Assembly (NCBI GenBank): GCA_964460615.1
Contig: CAYWPX010000003.1
Location: 155,028-219,027, forward strand
From: an uncultured Planctomycetia bacterium
GTDB lineage: Bacteria > Omnitrophota > Gorgyraeia > CAYWPX01
Direction of reading: 5' to 3'
DNA: 64,000 nucleotides
Shown here: positions 28,001 through 40,000 of the stretch, in pieces
Numbering within the stretch: the first letter of the stretch is position 1
Layout of the letters: each line of letters begins with the position of its first letter
The notes under the pieces: generated by a model
The model's database searches: none
What the model saw: only the letters and a program-made list of their open reading frames with translations
What the model was told of the DNA's origin: nothing
Position numbers and translations under genes: made by a program

Positions 28001-31000
28001 ATTTTATTATGATTCCATCTCTTACTATCGATTCATCAGTTCCAACTTGTCCATTGAGGAAGGCGACACCCTTCTTGGATCCGTCAACCGTCAAAGAATC
28101 TACAAGGTTTTCTCCGCTTGCATATGTCTTTATCATGCTGTCTGTTATCTTATCCACAGCTCTCTTTGTAGTTCCCTCTACCATCTCGACAACGTTAACA
28201 CCCAGCATCATTAAAGCTGCATAAGAAACGCTGTCTAATGTTCCCGAGAAACCTGAGAACGTAGCGTCAAATTGGGCATCATACATATGGCGGATAGTAT
28301 TCATACGACTTGACCTGCGGGTTTCGCCCTGCATCTCAACATTATCCAAGTTGCCGTTCTCGCCCATTATAGATCTCATAAATGCCAGCTGTGTTGCGCC
28401 GGCAAGATACGGATCAGACTGTTGCAATCTCGGGGCTATTACGCCGTTGGCCATTACCCTGATATCGCCGGTCTCAGCGCAATAAGCGACATCCTTACCT
28501 TCAGTCTGCCTCAGAGCTTTTGCCCATCCGACTAAAGCAGCCCTGTAACCCATGATAGCAGCTTTCTGCTGGTCAGTTAGATCAAGTTTATTTACATCTT
28601 CGGCCTTAAAGTCTTCGAGAGTGACATTTCTCTTTCCTTTAACATCCGAGTTGATAGCATCTACGATACCATTCAGGACATCCACGCCGTTATTGGTCGA
28701 ACCATAACTAAGCTCACCGTCATTGAACTTAACATCAAATAACGACACATTATCTGCGGCCATATACTGGTCGTAGGTAAGATCAAGGATATTATTTTCT
28801 GAATCTAAAACTCTGTATGTAAGAAGGTTTCTTCTTATGGCGCTGATCCAAGCCATTCCTCCGTCAGTTTCATATAATGACTCTATTGTCATACCATTAA
28901 CTTCAACATTACCTATAATGGTCATCAGTCTTGATATAACGGCTTTCTGATCCTTGGTAAGTTTTGTTGTATCCTGGCCGGCTTGCGTACCGTTAGAATA
29001 GAACGAAGTATCAGCTTCATCTGATATGAAATTGGCTTTATTATAAACAAGGTTAAATGCATCCACAACCGCCTGATCCTCAGGGGTCTTTATATTTTCG
29101 CCTATCTGGTCTCTTGCCTGTACCAGGAAGTCAAGACCCTGGCCGTCAATTATCCTTACCCTGTTATTAGCAAGAGCTGTCAATACTGCCTGCCTTTTGG
29201 CCGGATCATTGCTTCTAAGCTGATGCAAAGTATCTTCGGTGAATATTGTAGAAGTAAGGCCAAATGCAGCAAGAACATCCTGTAAAGGCTGGTTCTGGAT
29301 AGTCTGGTTAAACAAATCTTTACTTGAAAGTACAAAGTTTGTCGGCCTTGTGCTATCAGCCTGGCTCATTAATACAGTAGCTATAGCAAATATGACGTCG
29401 GTCTTTCCAGTACCGGCAGGAATTCTAAAGAAATTATCTGCGCCGTTATAGGCAAGTTCTGCTATGGCACGTATAACATTTACATCATTTCTCATGCCTA
29501 TAGTAAATCCTCTCATTGCCTCTACCTGGGCTATGATCGAATTAAACAGGACTGCATTAGCTTTCTGGGCATCACTGCCGAATGATTCGTCTGCCCTGTA
29601 TTTACCGTCATTATCCTGGATTATCCTTACAGGCAAAGTATCCCAGTTAGATTCTCTTGATGTAACCTTGCCGGCATCATCAATCTTTATAACTTCAAAT
29701 ATACCGTGGCTGATGCCATTAAGCGTCTCTATGCCAGTTGCAAGCCTGATCTCCAATTCCCCTTTAGTATTTATAGACGCGCTTATCGGAGTAGCGTCTA
29801 TATCGGCATTATCAAGTGCTTTCTGGCTTAATACAGTTATACCTTCAAAAGCTTTACCTTCAGCAGTAGAAACAAATTTTCCGTCTTTTGTCCTGAATAC
29901 ATACTTTACACTTTCAGTGCCATCAGCCAGTGTTTCAGTGATAGTCTCTACCACTATCGGCTGATCAGCTATTGAAACGCTTCTCGTTACTGTGCTTCCA
30001 TTGAAGGTAGTGGTTACAGAACCATCTTTGGTCTTAGAGGTTATAGAGTAATTGCCGTTAGCATCTATCGTATTTTCCGTACTTGTGTAAACCGCATTCA
30101 ACGCCTCGTTCATCCCTGTTTCTGTAGGCAGATAATCAAAGGCATCCTGGCATGTGGAATAATCTAATGGAAGCGCATTCAGCCTTGTGGTATCGACTTT
30201 ACCTGTGTTCATAATGCTGTTTAATAGCGGCGCAACTGCATAACCAAGGGTTGCCTGGTTATTTGTATAGATATTATTTAAAGCGCTATACATAGCCTCC
30301 AGCTGGGTTGTTGAATATGAATTACCCTGATTCAACCTTCCGGTAATAGCGGTAGTAATATTGGTCATGGCATTATCAAACTGGGACTGCGTAAGGTTGA
30401 GGTCGCCACTCTGGGCAAAATAAGTAAGGTTGACAAGTAGATTACCAAGTACGTGGCTATCTAATGTAGAGATTGTCTGGCTGTTTGCCACTGCACTTGT
30501 AACAGTAGCGCATAATGTGCTTATTTTCCCTCGTATTGCCCTTGCTCTATTGCTAAGGTCTGTGCTTGCAAAAGCGCCATTAGCCAAAGCATTGTCAATG
30601 GCAACAGCTGTTTCAACTGCGTCATTTAAAGCGGCCACCGTATCGCCCATAGACCCTACGGCAAAATCAGCAGTAGAGAAACTCTGGGAGAGATTGTCAG
30701 CAAGTATAATAAGATTATTAAGAAGCTGGTTATTACTTAATACTGCTACACTTGTAGATGAATTGGTCGTAAGAGAATCGATCAAAGAACTGATAGTCCT
30801 TAAGGTGGTCAATGCATTGGCGCCATTTGCATAAGACTGCGTAGTATTGGATCCCTGGAACCGGACTATATTGGAAGCGATCCTTGATATATTGGCTCCG
30901 AGGTCATTTAAAGCCCTTTCCTTTGTGGCTTCGTCAATAGCATTCTCCTGGATAGCCCTTGAAGTCTCTATAAGGCTTGATAAGAGATTAAGATGTGTAT

Positions 31001-34000
31001 CAACATTCGTAGCATCAGTAGAGAAGTCCATATTTGCTACAGTTCTATTTATCCTTGCAGCAACAGAAACCAAATTATTCCTTGCTTCTAATACTGCGCT
31101 TTGATAAGCATTGGCTGACATAGCATCACCGGACGGCCTCGGCATACCATTGGTTAAAATGTCCAGCGCAGCCGTGGCATTGCTCAGGAGCGCTGCGGCA
31201 TTATTTATATCTATATTACTTCTTGATAAAGACGCCTGCATCTGACTTGTTATATTAACCTGCGTATTGATAAGAGTCACTTTTATAGCATCCAACTGGG
31301 CAATATTCACAGATGATAAATTTGCATTCTCAAGTGTTGCGATCGAATTTGCTACCTGGGTAATAACCTCTGAAACAGCTGAAAGCCCGTCAATACTTAT
31401 ACCGGTATTGGTTAGCCTTAAAGATCCATTGGTAATAAGATAATTGAGAGATGTCTGTATCTTTGTAACCGCGTCGTTTATAGCTGTCTGGGACTGGATG
31501 TCTCCTGAAACTCTTGCCGCTAATTCAGGAGATTTAATAGCCGCATTTATTACCTGTGCTGATTGTGCGACATTATATAACTCTCTGCCTGATTTAATAC
31601 CTTCAAACAATCTTGATGCATTTACATTTGCCCCTTCTAATTCACCACCACCGGAAACGTATTCCGCGGCATAATTAGCTATATTACCAGCAATTTTTTG
31701 GTCAACACCAAACTTCATTAGACTGTTTTGTATATAATAGCCGTATGTAGGTTCAACTATACCTTCGTCGATGACCGCTGTTAATGCCTGAAGAACGGGG
31801 TATTTTTCAGCCAAACCTTCTAATCCAAACTGACCACTTACCATCTTATTAAAATTACCAATATAGGGTATATCTCCAAGCATTCTGCTTATAGGACCCA
31901 TAGTAGGAGCTATAATAGCACCTATAACAGCGCCCTGTTGAAAAGCCTGGAGTGCTGTACCCTCGCCAAACTGGTCAAATTGCTCACTTATTGCATTAAA
32001 AACACCACCAATACCAAACGGGGCATTCTGAAAAGTTTGCCCTAAATAATTAAATGCGCCGGATAACGGCTTAAATAATCCCATTTGGCCTGCGCCCCAG
32101 AATCCAACTCCAAGCGCTCCAACTTTTAAAGAATTAAGCGCAGTATTAGCTATTGCTAATCCTGAAGTTTTCAATGCCCAGCCACCTGCGCCATCAGCTA
32201 ATGTAATACCACCCCATTTTGCCAATGTAGGCGAAGTAAGCCCTATAAGCTTGACAGTATTAAATCCGATCCCCGCTGCTGTCTGGCCAATCGATCTTAC
32301 TGAATTGGCTAATAAAGCTCCTACCTGGCCTTCAAACGACAGTGTGCCGCTTGTTCCAACAGTTGTAGCAAAATTAATAGCCAAATTTTTTCCTATGTTA
32401 ATCCCAGCTTGAAGAGCTCCGACAGCAATTCTGCCCAAAGCCTGTTCTAAGGTAGCAGTTGTAGCAAATTTTAAGGACAAATTTGTAATACCTGTTGTTA
32501 TTGCTCCTCTAAGTCCGGCTAAGGCCGCACCCACAGTAACTTGTGACGCTGTACCTGTTAAAAGTTTTATACCAGCGCCAACACCGGCAGTCATTAGTCC
32601 GCCCCAAACTACATCAACAGCTCCTGCGGCCCAAGGATTCCAATCCTTTGTCCCAATAAAACCTCTCCACTCATCCTGAAGATACTGTGTATTCACTGCA
32701 TTCATAATTGTAAGATTACGAAGATATCCAAGTTCAGCATCAGTAGTCAACCCAAAATTAAATCCTACAGTATCACCAAGGTAATTACCAAGAGCATTAG
32801 ATACATAACCAGCTTGAGACTCGGCCCATGAACCTAAAGTCAATAAACCTGTACCAAAATTCCTGAAGAAGGATGTGCCAGCCGCTAGCAATGAACTCTC
32901 TTCCCAGTCCTTTCTTCTATACTGTGTTCTCAGAGTATCTGTCATTAATTTCTTAGTCTCGCTGACGCTTAAATTTCTGTCTCCTGTAGCGCCATAAGCA
33001 TGATATTCATATCCATGCTTTTCTTCATTCCATGTTAAATTTGCAGGATTCATTCCTCCGGCAGCCAAAAGCTGAGGTATTGTGGCAGCATCGACAGACG
33101 CTGTAAATGCCCAATTTATCCCTTTCCTTCTGTTGTCATCATAAGCAAGGTCCCTAGCCTTATTTCCAATATCTAATAAATAAGCCTGACTATGCTGGGA
33201 GGCTATTTCAGACATCATTCTATTCTGCTCGGCCTGGTAATCCATTTGAGCATATTTATTATAAATAAACTGCTTAGCATCGGCACTTATTGTCCCTCCA
33301 TTCCACGCCTTTTCCATCATAATATCCATCTCAGCCTGATTCCTAAAGTAAAAACTATTCCATGCATAATTACCTGTACCGATCTGGCTTGCAGGATTAA
33401 ATAAAGATGTCCAACTGCTGGAAGAATTAACAGATGCAAGGTATTTAGCTCTAAATTCTTCGGGAGTCATTAATGTGCTGCCATCAGGGCCCATAGCTTT
33501 TAACCAGTTATTGCTTACATAATTATCATAAAGCATATCGACATATTTAGGATGCGTGGCGTATTGAGACTTTACATGCCACTTACCATTTTTATCAAAA
33601 GTCCCTGTCTGGTTCATCTTGTTTCTTAGAGCAACAATATCATTATAATTAGCACCATAGGGTTTTCCAAAGAACACAACACCGTCTGGATTCTCTTTAG
33701 CAAATTTGGCAACTATCTCAGCTTTTTGGGCGTTGATTATAGCGGTATTAAGCCTCTTACCTGCCGCATTAATAGAGTTTGACAACCCCTTAAGGGAATT
33801 ATTTAAATTATTAACACTGGTAGAAACATTATTTATCTTTTTGGCAAATCCATTTACATCGTTAAGCGATAAATTGCCGCTATATAAGGCATCTTTGAAA
33901 TTTCCCTTATACTGCGCCATTAATTGCTGATAAGAATCTAATTTATTACCCTTACTGCCGACTGACCCGATCAATGACGCAAATCTCTTGTATTCAGGCA

Positions 34001-37000
34001 AACTTCTATACTTGGCCGGTACTTTAGCCAGGGCTGCATTCAGCTTATCCTGCGATGCGCCGATAGAAGATGAAAGTTTATTGAAATTTGCTTCAAGGTC
34101 TTTAACTGCTACCATGATCTTAAGAGCCGATCCGTAGGTAAAGAACTTGGTCAATTTGTCAGCACTTCCTTCGCTAAGTGCTTCATTATAGAACGCTAAT
34201 GTCTGCCTATAGAGACTGTCTTCATTCTTAATATCTTCTCCGATCTTCGACATCGACCCGGAATTTTTGGTAAGCCAATTCTTTAGGTTAACAAGTTCCC
34301 TCTTTGTGGAGTCATCAACCGGTGAGCCATTCAAGAATAAATGGCCATTGGCTGTCCATTGTGACTTTGCACTCGGATCAAACCATGTCTTCCAGTCTAC
34401 CTTGTAACCATAGGTCGTACCATCCTCTGCTGTGATCCTCAGGACATCCTGTGACGGAATATATGTTGTCCCTTTAGTATCATTCCATAAACCCATATCT
34501 GCTAAATAGTAGAATGGGTTATTAAAATCCTGAACCACATGATTAGAACTGTCTGTCAATGAAGTTAGATTCTGAGCTTTAAACGCAATGAAATTATTAC
34601 TGACATCTTCAAATCCATTAAAATATGAGCTAGTTGCTCCGGACCAGTTATTTGCCCATATACCGCTATAGCCGTTGGTTAAATATCCGCTAGTATAATT
34701 AGCTAACATCGGATCTTGTGTACCATATTGCGTCCACGCTACAGAACGAACTTCTCCATTCTGTATAACATTGCCAGCGCCTATAGCGCCACCGGTCCAA
34801 TAATAATTACCATTAGTACTACCGCTTATTGGCGGAGCTGATGGTATACCGGCTACTGACTCAGATGATCCTGATGTGAAATTATTGGTATAGACCATCT
34901 GGGAAACAGTATCAACTAATGATTTTCCGCCATCCGTACTGTAAAATCTCCCGTCTTCGCTTAATAAGATTATCTGTCCATCCTGAGTTTCTACAGGAAG
35001 CATATTGACAGAACCGCCGCCATAAGAAGCGTCAATTGTCACACCAAAAGTCTCTTTGCCCTGGTATGGATTTGTAGAAACATCAATCGGCCTATATCCG
35101 ACCATAAAAGCATTAGTAAGATCACTAGATCCATAATTTGCCCATGGCAGATCTCCAAAAAGCGAACTTTCACTTGTATTGGTTCCAAACGGGTTATAGG
35201 CATAAGCTTCCCATCCCGTAACCTCTTCTGGGATAGGGCTTACCTGGTTAAATGTAACAGGCGGCTCGTAGAACGGAAGCGCATCTGTTTCCACATTGTA
35301 AAACCAGTCTGTTACTACCTGTTTAGAAGCAAATTCTTCCTGAGTTAATGTCCTTGCGATACCATATGTATTGGCTAATGCCTGAAGTTCTTCGTTACTA
35401 GAGGCAGATACAATAAATCTGGCATTTGTCTGCCCGTCGATCATCTGCCAATATCCGCCGCTAACAGGCGATAAGAGCACTGGACTGCCGCCTTTGGTAG
35501 GAACAGCGTAGAATCTTGAGTCATACGACAAATAATCATCAAACGATTTAGTGCTTTCATTATAAATCAATGTTACATTAGCCCCATAACTTGTAACCCC
35601 CGTATATGCATTCAAGCCCTGATTCAAAGTAAATGTTACATAATCCAGCATCCCGTAGTCTTCATCATAAACTTCCTTAAGGATAGTACCCTCTGTTAAA
35701 TCTGCATGAATGAATCCATTAGTGGAATCGAGGCTACTCCAGATCCAATGGCCTTCATCATTTGTTGTAATAAATGCATTCTTAACTTCCATTCCGCCTA
35801 TATTAAGACTATCAACTACTTGCCCTGCGGAAATCACTTCTCCCGTTAAAATATTAGTTTTGTAGTATGTCCCGCTAAGTGAGTCATAAAGATCGTATCC
35901 GGCTCTGTAATTAGGACTGGATCTATCCCATCTAAAGCTTTCAGTAGCATAATTATGCACAATGGAGTTTAATTCGGGATTAGCCTTTAACACCTGTTCT
36001 GAAACATTATACATTCCTATCAATGTTCGCCTGTTAGGATCGTTCGCATCTTTACTGAAATCAATGTTATATAAGTTTACTGTAACATTGTTAGCATCGT
36101 ACCTTGAGACCTCAGCGGTAATTGCCGGATTGCCAAATAGATCAAAATACGGGTTTTCAAATGAATTAAAGAAGGTCCCTGATAGAGACATAGAATCCAA
36201 TCCAAATTTCGATAAACCTAATGAAGGATTTAGTTCAATAGGCACTAAAGAAAGGTTTAAATTAGTCAAATCACTTGCCTTTAAAGTCTGACTATTTAAC
36301 CAGCCATTAAATCTGTTTAAAATTCTCTGAATCTTCGCGTCATTTTCCGTTTTCCATATCGTATATTGCTTCTTCCATAATTCTGTCTTCCAATTATTGA
36401 TGTCTGCATCAATAGATCTTGTAATAAAGTTTATACCTAAGAAATTAGTGACTGCTCTTATAGCCGGCTTAACGACTTTATAACTGAACCAATCGCTTAT
36501 CCCCACCCTTGCGATCCTCGTAGAGCCGTCAGGCATAGTTTGCTTTAATGGTATTATCGGTATTTCGCTTATCGCGCCCTGATAGAGATTTCTCCCGAAG
36601 GTTGACCACGGGTTAAACCCAAGATCAACATTAACACCGTATTTTTTCCAAATTTTATATTCCTGGTATTCCACCATCACGTAAGCTTTTGCGGTATCCT
36701 TTACGGCATTCCAGAATACTTTGTTATACCATTTTGCATCTGCGTCTGGGCCGGGCAGCCATTCGCTGAGAGCCGCACTTAAAAATGCCTCATCGAACGG
36801 TATCTTAAATATCCACGAATTTAAAGCCGCTGTTGCCGTCACCCTTGCAAGCGCCCACCAGAAACCAGCCCCTGGTATAAGAGCGTTTACAACGATCTGA
36901 ATAGCAATATTAATGACTATATCTTTTACGGCTTCCCATGCCTTATTGACCCATTCTCTTACAGTCGGAGATACTGCATAAGCGGTTGCCGCAACAAATA

Positions 37001-40000
37001 TAATAGCTATAAATGAACAAGCGCCTCTTGTCCTCATCATCTCTTCGCGGGACATTCTCTTTTCAGAAGTAACGCTTGCGATATTCTTGACCATCGCCTT
37101 GCCGTCCCAGCGCTGGACAAAATCCCTAAGTTTAAGCACTCTCTCAACGCCGTTTTCAATGACTGTTACGGTGTGATTATCAAGGTCTGTGGTACCGCTG
37201 ATCGCTTTTACTACCATAAAATGCTCGTCTTTGGTGTAAACAGTGATCTCACTACCTTCGACCGACAGCAACGACTGCAATTCTGTCAAAGTAAGGTTCT
37301 TTGCGCCGGCGTAGTTATTGGTGCCGGTCCTGTTTAATAGCGATCCAACAACTGACATAGAATACATGGAAATAAGCGCCTGGCTGCCTGTATTGGCAGT
37401 CATGAACCCGAAAATTATTTCTAATATCATCAGCTCTGCCGCTATGCCTACTGAAGATATATTGCCGCTTGAATATGTATAATATAATGTGTTACCGGGA
37501 GTGGTTGACGGAACATAACCAGTAAGTACTACAAGCATAGACTCCACAACGCTTCGTCCAAAGTGTTTCTGGGTAAGCGCATTTAAAGTCGCCTGCAATG
37601 TATCGGTAACATTATAGATCTTTAGTGATGAGCTGAATGACTTGATGGCATCTGCCAAAGCCACGAAGTTGCTTCCGAGGCCAGAGAAGGCTGCAGAAGA
37701 AGTGATAGACCCGCTAATAACATTGTAAATTTGAGCGAAGAATGAGGTTATCCTGCTCTTTACAGTCGCCATGAAGTTAGTATTGGCGTCATACTCAGTC
37801 TTATACCCTGTAACCGTATCAGTAGTAAGATATGTCTTTAACTGCGAAATATTCCTGGTAGCATTGAGATACTGATTCCTGAAGTTGGTTAATTCTGCGG
37901 CACCGCCGACCTCAGTCGGATATCTGCCAAGGATATCAAAGAAGACTTTTCTGATCGCCTCATCAATTGCCTTATTTAAAAGTTCAGTCTTCTTAGTTTC
38001 AGCTATACCTTTACCGTAAGTACCATTATTTATCCAGCTGCCATAAGTTGAGGTTAATGAAGAAACCCTTAAATCAGACTGGCTTTTAACCATGTTAAAT
38101 GCATCTAACCAGGCAGAATAGCCGGTAGTAGAAGTTAGGGAGGAAGTTACTCTGTCAGTCCTTGATCTATCGCCTGAAGCATATTCCCATATAATGTATG
38201 GAAGGTTATCTATATTGCAATTAAAATATGTGAAAAGCTTTGTAAAATATTCCAACTCTTCTATCGAGCCATCTCTTGGGGTAGTTAAAAAACCGCCTTT
38301 TCTGAATATATTGTTATTTATTAAATAATCCCTGATCCTGTAAGTATCGCCGATAATATCGGTATTGGCTCTAAGCATAATATCAGCGGTAATCTTTGAC
38401 CATGAAATGTATGGAGGGCCAACTATGGACTTAATGTCACTCAGAAGATTTTCCTGAATAAGATTCCTTATAGACGGGTCTGTAACAATAGAAGCATTGA
38501 TTGTCGCGATCCAGCCGGGAGTACTCTTGTTAATCGTTATAAAATCTGAAGTGGTGGGAGCTGATGGGAAATATATTACGGAATATCTAAGGTATTTATT
38601 GTATAAGTTTACCAGTTTCTCAAGGGTCAGGTTATAATATTCTTTTGTAAATACCTGGTAAGGATAATTGGTTGTATTCGAAAGGTCGCTATAGTTACCG
38701 AAAGACGGGCCGAAGAAATCGGAAATATAATTAAATGACTGCGCCAATTCAGCGGCTGTCGGCGCCCTGCCGAGGAAAAGCTTGTAAATAGCGTCTATTA
38801 TAGTAGGCTTATCTGCTGCTTCAGGCTTTACTGTATTAGTAAACGTAAGCGACGGCATCTGCGTCTTATCTTCCACGCCTTTATATTCAAAATACCACGG
38901 CTTAGAAGGAGTGCCAATCCCCTGTTGATTCGGATTAAGGACCGTAAGATATATGCCAAACTGAGGAGTGTGATTTGTTGTTATGACTGTTGTCTTATCG
39001 GCCTTAACAACACTGTAAGCAGTGCCACCCGATGTTTTCCACTGTGTCCAGTCTTCGCCATAATTATACTCATATTCCAATCCAAGGGTTTCGCCGACAC
39101 CATTATTATATAAAGCCGAAAAATATACATTCTTGGATGACGGCATATCCTGAATACGGGTATCAACTTTATAATCAGTAACGGTTTTTGTAATACTCTT
39201 GTTGCTGAAATTCATCGGCACGCCGCCGGTAAGCGAATAATTACTAAATCCTATTTCTGCATTAACACCCGGAGTCCATGTCCCGATATTCCCATTAGCT
39301 ACCCATGGGTTAGCTGCGATTTCTGAGCCATAAAGCTGATACATAGCCGGTATCGCATAATCAAGCCACGGCTTAAGGCTGTCTTCAGAGTGCCCTCCCT
39401 CAGTAAGATTTTCATCATCCATAAATTCTGAATATGCCTTACTGCCTACACTGTCTAGTATTGACATATACCAGTTATAGAAGTCAGCGCTGAAATCGCT
39501 TATTTCAACCGACTTGGATATCATGCCATCAACAGTATCCCTCACATAATAGGTATCGGTTGTTGTCAGACCATATGTTTCTATCTCTTTAAATCCGCTG
39601 TATCTCTTTACTCCGCTTATTATGATCTTATCAACTTCAACTCCGGAAGCAAAGGCCAGGTCATACGGTTTTGTTGTATCGGTGATATTTACGGGATAAG
39701 TCCCGACCGGCGCGCCTGCCTTATAAAGAGTTACTGTAACTGTCCCCATCGGCTGTGCCAGGATATTTGTTCCATACAACCTCAGGAGGTTAATCTTTCT
39801 TGTCGAATCCCATATCATCCTGATTTCTGAATTGTCTACATTAGAAGCCCATGCGCCCATCCACTTTCTTGTGGCTAGGGAACCATCTATCACATTACCG
39901 CCATAATACGCATTGTTAGAATCTGAGTAGAAGCTTGATACCTCAACTTTGGCAGTCTTTGCCATATTTACACCGGCGTTACAGACTTCTTTTGTTGCCT

